From Thermoprotei archaeon (GTDB lineage Archaea; Thermoproteota; Thermoprotei_A; Sulfolobales; Desulfurococcaceae), in NCBI GenBank assembly GCA_003661825.1, contig QMWW01000001.1, forward strand, positions 1 through 49,404: 49,404 bases of DNA. The letters are read 5' to 3'. The position numbers were made by a program, and so were the translations under genes. The notes beneath the pieces are model-generated. The model saw only the letters and a program-made list of their open reading frames with translations, made no database searches and was not told the DNA's origin. Below, piece after piece: positions 1 to 9,590 of the stretch; the first letter of the stretch is position 1; every line of letters starts with the position of its first letter.

Positions 1-691
1 GAACCAATACTCCGTTTCGTAGCTCGTAGACCCTATCCGCTAGGTCTAGGATCGGGAGAAATCTATGCTCAAAAACTAGTATCGAGACCCCCTTAGACTT
101 AAGCTCTACTAGGAGCTCTCTCAGCTTTACAGTACTATCATCGTCTAACCACATTAGTGGCTCATCGAGGAGGATGATGGAGGGATGGGTGATCGATGCC
201 TTAGCTATAGCCGTTCTCCTCAGCTCTCCTCCAGAGGCTTCAAAAATAGTTTTTCTAAGAATATCCCATGCACCAGTTGCGGCGGCCCAGCCCTCTACTT
301 CCCTAATAGCTTTCTCCCTATCTCCATATGCTTCTTCCGCGTACAAGAGGAGATCCACGCCTAGCCTGGGGTACACAAAGTGTGTATACGGGTTCTGGTT
401 TACCACCTTTACGTGACTAGCTGCTTCCTCCATAGATACTTCTCCGGAGAATGCACCGAGTATTGACACTTTACCACGTACTTCTCCTCCATAAACCTTT
501 ACGCCAATTCCTGATAGTGCTCTTACAAGAGAGGTTTTACCGGAACCGGTATCGCCTACTACGAGTATTATTTCCCCCCTATTCACTACAAGGTTCACTC
601 CTCTAAGCACCCACTCGCTATTGGGGTAGCGGAACCATAGGTTCTCTACTCTAAGTACTTCCCTACTGCTCGTATTCCTAGGCCTAGTCAT
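1..691 (-). CDS. ABC transporter ATP-binding protein, ECF/CbiO-like (partial; C-terminus runs off the window)
   Basis: Absent from the ORF track because it is truncated by the window edge. Manual translation from the start at 691 gives MTRPRNTSSREVLRVENLWFRYP... It has Walker A GDTGSGKTS, a Q-loop-like VNQNP, a signature-like SGGELRR and Walker B IILLDEP. A 14-nt gap separates it from the upstream membrane-protein gene. Confidence 0.85.
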   Translation of the reverse strand, partial: MTRPRNTSSREVLRVENLWFRYPNSEWVLRGVNLVVNRGEIILVVGDTGSGKTSLVRALSGIGVKVYGGEVRGKVSILGAFSGEVSMEEAASHVKVVNQNPYTHFVYPRLGVDLLLYAEEAYGDREKAIREVEGWAAATGAWDILRKTIFEASGGELRRTAIAKASITHPSIILLDEPLMWLDDDSTVKLRELLVELKSKGVSILVFEHRFLPILDLADRVYELRNGVLV

Positions 692-705
692 TGCTCACAA
701 TATCC

Positions 706-1311
706 TCAGATAGGTATTGTTCTGAGCTTCTTAAGGATACTTATAACGGGGAACGCCAATAGAACCGTGTATACAGCCGCTATAACGTTGAATAGTGATA
801 TAAGGTGCAGTATCTGGAGAACCATTAACAGTCCCTCCCAGTAATTTGTCGCTAACCCTAGGAAGTACATTAGGTAGAGTGGTGTAAAAGCTATGTTGAG
901 TAAAGCCATGAATACAACTCTCGACGCAGTAGCTAGTACTACTAGGAACATCTTTGTTTTCAGCGAATAACCCCACTTAGATACGAATTTTTCATGCATT
1001 AGTGCTACTGGTAAGTATGTGGAGAACTCTGCGAAAGCCTTCATAAAAGGACCTATAGGCTCAAGCGAACCTAGAGCCAGCACACCTAAGTAGAAGAGAG
1101 GAAGACCCATCAGAGTTGTAGCACGTAGAGAGACTAGACTGGCAACAACTAGTGGAACCCCGGCTAAGTCGAACAAGAGTATGGGTAGCAGTGGAAACGG
1201 TACTCTCACTACGTGTAGCGCAATAGCTGTAACCACGAGTAGTAGAACGAGGACAAGCCTGTGGAGACCAGTACTAGTACTTAAGCCTTGTCTAGCCATA
1301 CTACATGCCAC
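706..1311 (-). CDS. Polytopic membrane protein, possible ECF-transporter S (substrate-capture) component
   Basis: 201-aa ORF dominated by hydrophobic helices, located directly upstream of the ABC ATPase on the same strand. The family call is inferred from architecture and context only. Confidence 0.5.
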   Translation of the reverse strand: MACSMARQGLSTSTGLHRLVLVLLLVVTAIALHVVRVPFPLLPILLFDLAGVPLVVASLVSLRATTLMGLPLFYLGVLALGSLEPIGPFMKAFAEFSTYLPVALMHEKFVSKWGYSLKTKMFLVVLATASRVVFMALLNIAFTPLYLMYFLGLATNYWEGLLMVLQILHLISLFNVIAAVYTVLLAFPVISILKKLRTIPI

Positions 1312-1483
1312 CGGCTCGAACCGTGGACTGGAGGTTTTCGAGAAAGCACTTTAGCGCGAAGCCTATTCCGTTAAACACGTGTATCAGCTATAGCTCTTAA
1401 AACAGTATTGGTGCAATATGCTTCCCGCAACACATACGAGGAGGGAACGCTGGTTGAAGCTGGTCATAGCAGCGTATAGGTGG

Positions 1484-2290
1484 CTAAGGCTTAGCCGCTT
1501 TATTCAACGCTATAGCTAGCTCTAGCAGTTCCTTAGCCCTATCCCCATAGGATTCTAAAACCATAGTTATGGGGACTCCGCGCGTGGTACCAGACTCTTC
1601 CTCATAGCTTTCTCTAGAGGCTCCATCATTGGATGAGAACCCCTGTTTTAGCGGTGGATAAGTAGTGATAGCTAGTGCTACTGAATCTACCTCTCTACTC
1701 TCCGATCTCTCGACCGTCATATAGCGTCTCCTACTGAGAACTCCTACTATTACTCCTAAAGCTAAGAGAGCGGATCCTATAGCTATAGCGTAGCTTTGTG
1801 CGAGCAGATGCTCAATTAACATGGAGTAGATAGGCGTGAATACTAGGAGCAATAGGGAAGCTCCTAGAGCAGCTAGCACTACTCCTAGCGAGAGAAGCGG
1901 ATAGCTCAGCTTCCTAAGATGAGATAAGTAGAACATCTTTTCTATCCCACGGAAGGACCTAATACCCATTCTAGCTACATCGCTTAGGGGTAGGTAGAAG
2001 TACTGCACTAAATGACCTATACGTGAAGCTACTACAGCTTTCCCTCTTTCCTTACTGAATTCTCGTAGAAGCGTGGCACCATCTGCGGTTGACTGGAAAA
2101 AGACTAAGCGCTTATTAGTTAGAACAACCTCGAGATTCTTAAGGAAGAAGTAAGGATCACTACCGCTTACTAAGGGTATTATACTCAAGCCCTCGTATGC
2201 TTTGAGCTCGTCTACCCGAGCTCTATACAGGATCTTCTCTCCAGCTACTAGTAGTTCCTCGATCGCTACCGGTCTATACCCAGATTTCAA
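1484..2290 (-). CDS. Hypothetical membrane protein with an N-terminal PH/GRAM-like segment and two central TM helices
   Basis: 268-aa ORF with a TTG start that overlaps the upstream 89-aa ORF stop by 4 nt. The segment ...GEKILYRARV...VVLTNKRLVFFQ... resembles bacterial PH-like domains. Hydrophobic stretches are LLSLGVVLAALGASLLLLVF and AIAIGSALLALGVIVGVL. Confidence 0.5.
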   Translation of the reverse strand: MKSGYRPVAIEELLVAGEKILYRARVDELKAYEGLSIIPLVSGSDPYFFLKNLEVVLTNKRLVFFQSTADGATLLREFSKERGKAVVASRIGHLVQYFYLPLSDVARMGIRSFRGIEKMFYLSHLRKLSYPLLSLGVVLAALGASLLLLVFTPIYSMLIEHLLAQSYAIAIGSALLALGVIVGVLSRRRYMTVERSESREVDSVALAITTYPPLKQGFSSNDGASRESYEEESGTTRGVPITMVLESYGDRAKELLELAIALNKAAKP

Positions 2291-2556
2291 CGTAGCCCAC
2301 CTAAGGCTCTCCTGAGATCGCCTATTATCTGGTCAATTACTTGGCTTACCTCCCAGAGGATCTTAGACCTTAGCTCGCTCACATTCTCCTCGCTAAGGCG
2401 TAGTTCGCGCGAAATCTCTAGGAGTATGTTGTCGAGCTGTCTTGACAGCTGGTTATAGGCTTCTCTTAGGAGATCGTTTACCTCGTCGCGGGGCTCCCAT
2501 AGGTTGTTCAAGAACTTGTCGACATCGCCGAGTTCCCTGCCCAAAGTAACACCCAT
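2287..2556 (-). CDS. Hypothetical small coiled-coil protein
   Basis: 89-aa ORF, charged and heptad-like (LLREAYNQLSRQLDNILLEISRELRLSEENVSELRSKI). It appears translationally coupled to the downstream 268-aa ORF. Confidence 0.45.
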   Translation of the reverse strand: MGVTLGRELGDVDKFLNNLWEPRDEVNDLLREAYNQLSRQLDNILLEISRELRLSEENVSELRSKILWEVSQVIDQIIGDLRRALGGLR

Positions 2557-2708
2557 TCTCTAGTCCGTATAAAGCCGTCTACAACTATAAAATGCCGTGT
2601 TTATAAACTATTAAGTTTTGTTCTAGGCCCTGTTTCCTAAAGACCTAATCGCGGCTAAGACTTAATATCAAAGCCGTACTATACACTTCATTAAGGTGTA
2701 GCGTAGAG

Positions 2709-3584
2709 TTGGTTGACACTGGCTGGTTAGGTATAGATATTATCGGTTTCCTCTTCTGGATAGTCCTGTTATATGCTCTGATACATCCACAGCTCCGGAT
2801 GAGGAGTTTACAGCACGCAAGGCTACACATCATACAGAGCATTGAGAGAAAGTACGGCTGGCGCGTTATAACGATGATACACCGCCAGGAGAGGATAGGG
2901 TTCTTCGGCATACCGGTCTACAGGTACATAGACATAGAGGATTCAGAAGCTATACTGAGAGCTATAAGGAGTACACCGCCAGAACAACCTATAGCTCTGA
3001 TCCTACATACCCCTGGAGGACTAGTGCTAGCTGCTTCCCAGATAGCTATGGCTCTAAAGAAGCATAAAGGCGAGAAGATAGTTATAATCCCCCACTACGC
3101 TATGAGCGGAGGCACCCTTGTAGCACTCGCAGCCGATAAGATAATAATGGATCCAGACGCTGTCCTAGGACCTCTAGATCCCCAGCTACAGACCCCCAAG
3201 GGAGTGTTTCCAGCGCCCTCTCTAATCAAGATAGCTAGAACCAAGGGAAATAAGGCAAGCGATACAACGCTGATATACGCTGATGTAGCCGAGAAAGCTC
3301 TCAGCGAAATCCAGGAGATAATAGTGTATTTATTAAAAGACAGGCTCGGAGAAGATAAAGCGAGAGAAATAGCTAGGAAGTTGACCGAAGGCTACTATAC
3401 ACACGACTACCCAATAACAGCTGAGGAAGCCAAGGCTATGGGTCTTCCAGTATCGACAGATGTACCGCCAGAAATCTACGAGTTAATGGAGCTCTATCCC
3501 CAGGCAATACAGCAGAGACCAGGCGTCGAATATCTACCTAGGCCGCAAATACCCTACTACCATCACAGAGGTAGGGAGAGGTAG
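2709..3584 (+). CDS. SDH-family / ClpP-fold serine protease (SppA/NfeD-like), membrane anchored
   Basis: 291-aa ORF with a TTG start and an N-terminal TM helix. Motifs LILHTPGG and HYAMSGGTLVALAAD are typical of Clp-fold serine proteases. Confidence 0.75.
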   Translation: MVDTGWLGIDIIGFLFWIVLLYALIHPQLRMRSLQHARLHIIQSIERKYGWRVITMIHRQERIGFFGIPVYRYIDIEDSEAILRAIRSTPPEQPIALILHTPGGLVLAASQIAMALKKHKGEKIVIIPHYAMSGGTLVALAADKIIMDPDAVLGPLDPQLQTPKGVFPAPSLIKIARTKGNKASDTTLIYADVAEKALSEIQEIIVYLLKDRLGEDKAREIARKLTEGYYTHDYPITAEEAKAMGLPVSTDVPPEIYELMELYPQAIQQRPGVEYLPRPQIPYYHHRGRER

Positions 3585-3660
3585 CTGGGTATGCTGCAAC
3601 GATCCCGAAAGGCTCGAGCGGCTAGTTTATAGCTGTATAATGCAAAATATACTATAGGGG

Positions 3661-4032
3661 ATGAATCTAGTGGAAATATACAATATCCTAGCCGCAGAGA
3701 AAGGATTTGAGAGAACAATGGGCGATGTCCTCAGGGTATTAGGGCTATATCACAGGCTATGGCTATCCGAGATCTACGTTGAGATCAAGGGGATGAATAC
3801 TACGCTGAGAGAAGATATTCCAGAATACAGTGATATAGTAAAAGCCGTTAACGAGCTGAAGAACAAGGGATACGTATATGTTGAGAAAAGGACAAGGAGT
3901 TCTCTAGCAAGCACTGAAGGCGTAGAGGACTACCTTGTCTCGCTCGCCGGGCTCAGAGAAGTAGTACTAGCTCTACTCAGTGATAGGAAGCTAGTAGACT
4001 ACGTAAAAATTAAGCGGAGTATGTTCAGGTAA
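3661..4032 (+). CDS. Hypothetical protein, possible winged-helix DNA-binding protein
   Basis: 123-aa ORF in a clean intergenic context. I recognised no diagnostic motif. The winged-helix call is a weak impression from the helix-rich N-terminus and the KNKGYVYVEKR segment. Confidence 0.35.
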   Translation: MNLVEIYNILAAEKGFERTMGDVLRVLGLYHRLWLSEIYVEIKGMNTTLREDIPEYSDIVKAVNELKNKGYVYVEKRTRSSLASTEGVEDYLVSLAGLREVVLALLSDRKLVDYVKIKRSMFR

Positions 4033-4143
4033 ATCCGCGATGACGTAAACATACAGAGGATACCGTTAAACACTAGAAGCAAATTAGAGAGCGGAGCAAG
4101 GTATTTGGGCGGTTCTAGACATAGCTATTAGTAGACTCTGTAA

Positions 4144-5196
4144 GTGGTTGTTATGATTTCTACTTCTAGATCGGCTTGCATATGTATAGGCTTGAGAGAG
4201 CTGGTAGTACTTATCCTTATCTCAGCAGTAGCCGTAGCACTAGCCAGTTTTTTCGTCGCAAAACAGCTCGTAGAGAGTACTCAGCGCTTTACAGAGAACA
4301 GGGTGGACGGGGGAGATATAGCCGGGACTATACGTAGCTATATAGCCGCGGTAGAACCCGATATACGTAGAAGAGCGGTCGAGATCTTGGAGAAGTACCT
4401 AGCTACTAATAGGACTATTCTGTGGGATGTAGTGAAGGTCTACCCGGGCTCTTGGAGCATAGTTACATTCGAGGTTTACCCAAGCCTCGTCTACGAGATC
4501 AGGGTAAAGGTGCTAAAAACATGCCAGAAAGAATCCTGCGATGTAGTGGTTCTATTGAAGAACGCGAAGTGGAGCACTGTTAGGAACCTCGGTAGAGTAG
4601 CTGATGCAGAGTTCAGCTACACGCTATCGGGAGCTACGTGGAGAGAACACCACAGACTATACCTAGATAACACGTACTCTAACGAGACTAAGAGCGTAAT
4701 AGTTTCAATTAGCGTTCGCTTCCCCCAGTCCTTTATGAATAATGATGTCTTCAAGGTACATGCTATAAGTAGCTGGGTTAACGCGAACATAAAGTATCTC
4801 AGCGATCCATGGGGGCTAGAGTATGTGTCATCGCCTACAGAGGTAATAGAAGTAGGTGCTGGGGACTGCGAAGACTACGCTGTACTGCTAGCTACTCTCT
4901 ACCGTAGCGTAGGGCTAAAGGCTGCTGTAGGACTAGTCGATACAGATGGCGACGAATACGCTGAACACGCTGCTACCCTAGTCTACCTAGAGCGCGATAT
5001 CAGTAGCTTAGAGCTATTACTAGAGTCTATATCACAGGTTCTAGGCTATAGGGGTATTAGGTATCCATATATAAAAGCCGAGGATAACGAGCAGGCTGTA
5101 TGGGTTATAGTAGACCCTATAATGGCTATCGACCCTCCCAAAGACTGGAGGATAGGGCACGACTACTATAGCTTTATACTAGTGATAGATCCCTAG
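4144..5196 (+). CDS. Membrane-anchored transglutaminase-like (cysteine protease fold) protein
   Basis: 350-aa ORF with an N-terminal TM helix. The transglutaminase-core pattern GAGDCEDYAVLLATLYRSVGL is followed by EHAATLVY and VIVDP, giving a candidate Cys-His-Asp arrangement. Confidence 0.7.
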   Translation: MVVMISTSRSACICIGLRELVVLILISAVAVALASFFVAKQLVESTQRFTENRVDGGDIAGTIRSYIAAVEPDIRRRAVEILEKYLATNRTILWDVVKVYPGSWSIVTFEVYPSLVYEIRVKVLKTCQKESCDVVVLLKNAKWSTVRNLGRVADAEFSYTLSGATWREHHRLYLDNTYSNETKSVIVSISVRFPQSFMNNDVFKVHAISSWVNANIKYLSDPWGLEYVSSPTEVIEVGAGDCEDYAVLLATLYRSVGLKAAVGLVDTDGDEYAEHAATLVYLERDISSLELLLESISQVLGYRGIRYPYIKAEDNEQAVWVIVDPIMAIDPPKDWRIGHDYYSFILVIDP

Positions 5197-5218
5197 GATG
5201 TAAGTACTTCATAACTTG

Positions 5219-5878
5219 CTAAGGGATAATAGATACTTTCAGGAACCTATTGAGTAGAGAGTTTGTACCGAATAGGAATAGGAGAGAAGCAAGAATAAGC
5301 AGTAGCGCTTTGTACCTCTTGCTACTCATCACTCTCAGCCCTTTCCTAGCCAAGCCAGCTACAAAACCTAGCCACAGGAAATCCATCCATACATGGCTGG
5401 AGTACATGACTAGGATTCCAAGAATCCCTGTTCCAGCTAGTAGCGATATAAGGGTGAAGCCTATGCTCAGCCACCATAGCAGGAAGCATATGTTTAGACC
5501 GGTAAAAGCTATGCCGACTACTACGGGGTTTCTGAGTAGAGAACTGTTACTACTAGCACTACCTTCTAGCCAGGATCCTCTCAAGGAGTCTCTAACCAGC
5601 AGTACTGCGAAGTAGAATAGTACAAGTGATCCGCTAGCTACTAGGAGATCGCCGAAAACCCCGGTGAGTACAGCTTCTACTTGAGACATAAAATAAAATA
5701 GTACTGCTATGTAAGGTAGCTCTACGAGCATGTGCCCAAGAGCTACTAGGAGGCCTCCTTTAAACCCCTGCTTTGAGCCGATCGCTATAGTCGCTATAGT
5801 TAGAGGACGTGGGCTCAGAGCACCCGAGGGCGAGACCATAAGCGTTAAGTAGACTAGTGTGTATAGGCTTGAAGCCAT
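5219..5878 (-). CDS. LysE/RhtB-type translocator-like membrane protein
   Basis: 219-aa hydrophobic ORF. The N-terminal SPSGALSPRPLTIATIAIGSKQGFKGGLLVALGH segment resembles the LysE-family SPGP...G...G signature. Confidence 0.55.
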   Translation of the reverse strand: MASSLYTLVYLTLMVSPSGALSPRPLTIATIAIGSKQGFKGGLLVALGHMLVELPYIAVLFYFMSQVEAVLTGVFGDLLVASGSLVLFYFAVLLVRDSLRGSWLEGSASSNSSLLRNPVVVGIAFTGLNICFLLWWLSIGFTLISLLAGTGILGILVMYSSHVWMDFLWLGFVAGLARKGLRVMSSKRYKALLLILASLLFLFGTNSLLNRFLKVSIIP

Positions 5879-6155
5879 ATGCTCTAAACCCGCAGTGTTT
5901 TTTCTACCAAGCCTCCACGTTAGATGGTATCTAGGGCCCGCCCCTATACGGATCTACGCAAGATGCCATATAAAACTAGTACTATTCAACACTACTTGCT
6001 GACCAGCCTTCGCTGTAGAGCTACCAAACAGCTCTACCGGGTTAGTAGCTTATTTTAGCCGCTCTAGATGAGGCAAGAGCCCTCAAGAATAAATACAACA
6101 CGCAATACCTATTAGGATAAGGTATAGCTGTGCCAATTACTTGGTGGTGTAGCTG

Positions 6156-7154
6156 TTGTCGGTTGTCGTAGTCTTTTACAAGATTAGGAAAATGCTGATG
6201 AGGCTTTCCAAGAAGAAGGTCCTGATAGTAGTAATATTCTTTGTAACAACTCTGTTTTTCAACGCATCCCTGTTCTACTATGTGGAGAGCGTTATAGGTG
6301 GACGCGCTGATGTAGATTTCTATCTATCGATGTACTGGGCGCTGATAACTATGTCTACTATAGGCTATGGAGACGTTACTCCTAGAACAGAGCTGGGATA
6401 CGCTGTAGCATCTGTAGCTGCTGTAATGGGTATAGTGGTATATACCTTAACGATATCCGTTATAGCCGATGCATTCCTATCTAATATGTTGAAGAACCTG
6501 ATGGGGCTTGGTAAGATGAAGAAACAGATACTGGTAATTGGTGATAGTGGTTCTTGCGCCGAGGTAGTTGATGAGCTAGTTAAGAACAGGCTGGAAACAG
6601 TTACTGGATGGGTTAAAGGCGAAATGCCTAAGAACCCGCTACCAGTAGACTACGTCGTAGGGGATTACAGCGAGGACACTCTGAAGAGAGCTGGTGTAGA
6701 ACACGCTAAACACGTAATACTCTGTCTTGAAGACGACGACAAGGCTCTACACCTCTCCCTTCTCGTGAGGAAGCTTAACAAAAAAGCACGTATAACCGCT
6801 ATAGTGTCATCGGAGGAAACAAGAGAGCTTCTGCACGAGCTTAGAGTAGACTATATTCTATCTAGTAGGATGCTCGGCAGGCTCGCGGCTTCATCGGTGT
6901 TCGAACCCCTTGTAGTGAACTTCTTAACCGAGGTATCGACTGCGAGAGGCTACGCAGACCTAGTAGAGCATGTTGTAAGTGATAGAGAAGAAGGTATTAC
7001 TGTTGAGGAGCTCGAGCTTATGCTTGGTGGGAAGACGAAAGAAAAGTATAAAGCGCTACTGCTAGTAAGAGGTGAGCACAGCGTATTCCTCCCAGGACCG
7101 GATACCATGCTTAAACGCGGAGACCGCTTAGTTCTACTAAAAGCCCTGCACTAA
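6156..7154 (+). CDS. Potassium channel with C-terminal RCK/TrkA domains (MthK-like)
   Basis: Selectivity filter TIGYGD, followed by a Rossmann-like ILVIGDSGSCAEVVDEL segment and a TrkA-C-like tail. The true start may be an internal ATG (Met13 or Met15). Confidence 0.85.
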   Translation: MSVVVVFYKIRKMLMRLSKKKVLIVVIFFVTTLFFNASLFYYVESVIGGRADVDFYLSMYWALITMSTIGYGDVTPRTELGYAVASVAAVMGIVVYTLTISVIADAFLSNMLKNLMGLGKMKKQILVIGDSGSCAEVVDELVKNRLETVTGWVKGEMPKNPLPVDYVVGDYSEDTLKRAGVEHAKHVILCLEDDDKALHLSLLVRKLNKKARITAIVSSEETRELLHELRVDYILSSRMLGRLAASSVFEPLVVNFLTEVSTARGYADLVEHVVSDREEGITVEELELMLGGKTKEKYKALLLVRGEHSVFLPGPDTMLKRGDRLVLLKALH

Positions 7155-7217
7155 ACGGCTTGATCCGCTCGTCTGTTTATACGGGTAGTACCGCCTAGTA
7201 AGTCGTGGGGAGAACTA

Positions 7218-8561
7218 TTGGCTTCTGTATGCCCACTAAGCTACAGGTACGGTTCAGGGGAGATGCGGAACCTCTTGTCTAGAGAGAACCTTCTAAACAA
7301 GATGGTATATGTGGAGAAAGCAGTTATGCGGAGTTTAGAGGAAGCCGGGTTTGCGCCTAGAGGCTGTAGCGAGGAAGTGGAGAAAGCCGGGGCTCGAGTA
7401 GCAGTTGAAGACGTAGACAGGATGGAGAGGGAAACGGGACACGATACAGCGTCTCTAGCTATTCTCCTTGCAGAGCACAGCGGTATTTGCGGGCGCTACG
7501 TCCACTTAGGCGTTACGAGCAACGATGTCATCGATACTGCCTGGGCTTTAGTACTCCGCGAAGCACTAGACCTCTTACTGGATAGGCTAGCCAAGGTGAT
7601 CGCGAAGATAGCCTCTTTAGCTAGAGAGTACCGAGACCTCGTGTGTATTGGGAGAACTCATGGACAGCACGCTCTACCAATAACCCTGGGATTCAAGTTC
7701 GCGAACTATGTATATGAACTCGCTAGAAGCTACGAGCGTATCGTAGAAGCTAGGAAGAGGCTGGTTAGGTGCAAGATTTCCGGCGCCGTAGGCACTATGG
7801 CTGCTTGGGGAGAAAAGGGATTAATTGTACAGAGAACTGCATGTAGAGAGCTCGGTTTGGAACCACACTCTATCACGACTCAGATCGCTCCGCGCGACGG
7901 CTATGCAGAGCTCGTAGCTAATCTCTCCATCCTCGCTAGTCAGCTAGACAGGCTAGCCCTAGAGATCAGGGAGCTAGCTAGACCGGAGATAGGAGAAGTA
8001 GTTATCGCCCCGAAGATGATCGGGAGCAGTACTATGCCGCACAAGAACAACCCGGTAGTAGCTGAGAGGATCTCGGGGCTCTCCAGAATCCTACGCGGTT
8101 TAGCGGTATCAGCTCTAGAGAATATAGTTACCATGCACGAAAGAGACCTGAGTAATAGTAGCTGTGAGAGACTACTACTACCACACACTCTACTAGTAGC
8201 TGATCAGATGCTGATAGATACGGAGAAAGTCCTCGGATCAATTAGGATTAATAGAGAGGCTATCAAGAGGAACCTAGAGCTGTTAAGAGGAGTAATAGCT
8301 TCGGAGTGCTTAATGGTGAAACTTGTTCTGAAAAGCGGTATGCCTAGACACGAAGCACATAGAGCTCTCTCTTTACTAGTCCGTAGATCTTTAGATGAGA
8401 GAAGGGATTTCCTAGAGGTGTTTAGAGAGAGCGATCTCTCGTCAAAGCTGGATAGCAGCGATGCATACGAGTGCTTTAACTATGAAAACTACCTAGGTAG
8501 CTATAGAGAGCTTATAGATAGAGCGCTATCCTATGCTGAAAACGTCCTTGGAAAGAGGTGA
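7218..8561 (+). CDS. purB: Adenylosuccinate lyase
   Basis: 447-aa ORF carrying the fumarate-lyase signature GSSTMPHKNNP and the TSNDVIDTA motif. It sits adjacent to purA. Confidence 0.95.
   Translation: MASVCPLSYRYGSGEMRNLLSRENLLNKMVYVEKAVMRSLEEAGFAPRGCSEEVEKAGARVAVEDVDRMERETGHDTASLAILLAEHSGICGRYVHLGVTSNDVIDTAWALVLREALDLLLDRLAKVIAKIASLAREYRDLVCIGRTHGQHALPITLGFKFANYVYELARSYERIVEARKRLVRCKISGAVGTMAAWGEKGLIVQRTACRELGLEPHSITTQIAPRDGYAELVANLSILASQLDRLALEIRELARPEIGEVVIAPKMIGSSTMPHKNNPVVAERISGLSRILRGLAVSALENIVTMHERDLSNSSCERLLLPHTLLVADQMLIDTEKVLGSIRINREAIKRNLELLRGVIASECLMVKLVLKSGMPRHEAHRALSLLVRRSLDERRDFLEVFRESDLSSKLDSSDAYECFNYENYLGSYRELIDRALSYAENVLGKR
8555..8561 (+). promoter_or_regulatory. Shine-Dalgarno-like GAGGTGA upstream of purA, overlapping the purB stop codon
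   Basis: gaggtga ends 4 nt before the ATG at 8566. It is complementary to the conserved 16S 3' end, as expected for internal genes of archaeal operons. Confidence 0.45.
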
Positions 8562-8565
8562 TCAT

Positions 8566-9579
8566 ATGCTTGTGGTGATTGTTGGAGGATTCTTCGGTGA
8601 TGAAGGAAAGGGGAAGGTGGCATCCTACCTAGGATTAGTAGATAGACCAGATATAGCTATTAGGTGTGGAGCGGTTAACGCGGGACATACAGTAGTTTAC
8701 CGGGGTAGGATATGGAAGCTGAGAACACTGTCCTCAGCATTTCTATACGAGAGAGCTAGGCTCCTTATACCTCCCGGTGCTCTCACCAGGTTGGACGTAC
8801 TGTTTAAAGAAATAGATGAAACTAATGCTCGCGGTAGAGTCGTAGTAGACTATAGGACGGGGATCATAAGCGAGGAGCACGTAAATATGGAGAGAAGAAG
8901 CCAACACCTCTCGGGAGTTATAGGTTCTACGCTTCAAGGAGTTGGAGCGGCTATGGCAGACCGTGTTCTACGTAGACTAAAGCTGGCTGAAGACTATCCT
9001 GTGTTGAAGGATATGCTGGGCGACGCACCCAATATAGTTAATGAAGCACTAGATAAGGGGCAGAAAGTCCTAGTTGAGGGGACGCAAGGTACTTTCCTAA
9101 GCTTGTACCACGGTACTTATCCCTATGTGACTAGCCGCGATACTACTGCGTCGGCTTTTATATCCGAGATAGGGGTTGGGCCTAAGAGAGTGGATGAGGT
9201 AATAGTAGTGTTCAAGTCCTATATAACCCGTGTTGGTAAAGGGCCTCTACCAGGAGAAATACCTGTCGATGAAGCCGAGAAGAAGGGCATGGTTGAGAGA
9301 GCAAGTGTTACTGGGAGGTTAAGGCGGGTAGCGCCTTTCAGCGTAGACTTAGCTAGGAGAGCTATAGTACTCAACAGTGCTACACAGGCAGCGCTGACGA
9401 AGATCGACATTCTGTTTCCCGAAGCGCGCGGCGTAAAGGAGTGGAATAAGCTCCCTAAAGAGGCTAGGAAGTGGATCGAAGAGCTAGAGGACAAGCTAGG
9501 TATACCAGTAACACTCGTGAGCACAGGCGAGGACTCAGAGCACATGATTGACCGTAGAAGAGACTATGGATTGTTGTAG
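8566..9579 (+). CDS. purA: Adenylosuccinate synthetase (short archaeal type)
   Basis: GDEGKGK P-loop, AVNAGHTV and LVEGTQGTFLSL motifs. I chose the ATG at 8566 (MLVVIVGGFFGDEGKGK) rather than the track start at 8533, because it follows the SD-like site and avoids overlap with purB. Confidence 0.93.
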   Translation: MLVVIVGGFFGDEGKGKVASYLGLVDRPDIAIRCGAVNAGHTVVYRGRIWKLRTLSSAFLYERARLLIPPGALTRLDVLFKEIDETNARGRVVVDYRTGIISEEHVNMERRSQHLSGVIGSTLQGVGAAMADRVLRRLKLAEDYPVLKDMLGDAPNIVNEALDKGQKVLVEGTQGTFLSLYHGTYPYVTSRDTTASAFISEIGVGPKRVDEVIVVFKSYITRVGKGPLPGEIPVDEAEKKGMVERASVTGRLRRVAPFSVDLARRAIVLNSATQAALTKIDILFPEARGVKEWNKLPKEARKWIEELEDKLGIPVTLVSTGEDSEHMIDRRRDYGLL

Positions 9580-9590
9580 GTGGTAAGGGG

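Noticed and set aside
1312-1483. A riboswitch or structured leader upstream of the putative ECF S-component gene. A long-range gcgggaagc/gcttcgcgc pairing (8 of 9 positions) encloses about 57 nt.
   Set aside because: I recognised no riboswitch consensus (TPP, FMN, preQ1, cobalamin). A single imperfect helix is weak evidence.
5250-5615. Antisense and shadow ORFs listed in the track. Examples are 174..416, 731..976, 2645..2911, 5250..5615, 7940..8188, 8743..8937, 9219..9545, 9798..10052, 10187..10384, 10571..10816, 13638..13985, 14666..15097, 15074..15277, 15490..15693, 16395..16661, 16698..16946, 18594..19046, 19062..19259, 19266..19619, 20399..20698, 20852..21037, 21192..21389, 22069..22293, 23382..23813 and 23548..23742, plus their mirrors.
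   Set aside because: Each lies inside, or opposite to, a gene with strong family motifs. Their translations are low-complexity (S/P/R/L-rich) without recognisable domains.
6015-6037. The hairpin gtagagct-accaaac-agctctac in the 277-nt LysE/K-channel intergenic region, as a possible tRNA fragment or terminator. The reverse strand contains a GGTAGAGC D-arm-like string.
   Set aside because: No acceptor, anticodon or T-arm can be built around it. It lies upstream of both divergent genes, so it is not positioned as a terminator. At most it is a regulatory dyad.
8533-8565. The track start codon for purA at 8533, which overlaps purB by 29 nt.
   Set aside because: The ATG at 8566 follows an SD-like GAGGTGA and gives the canonical N-terminus MLVVIVGGFFGDEGKGK. 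The 11 extra residues have no counterpart in the family.
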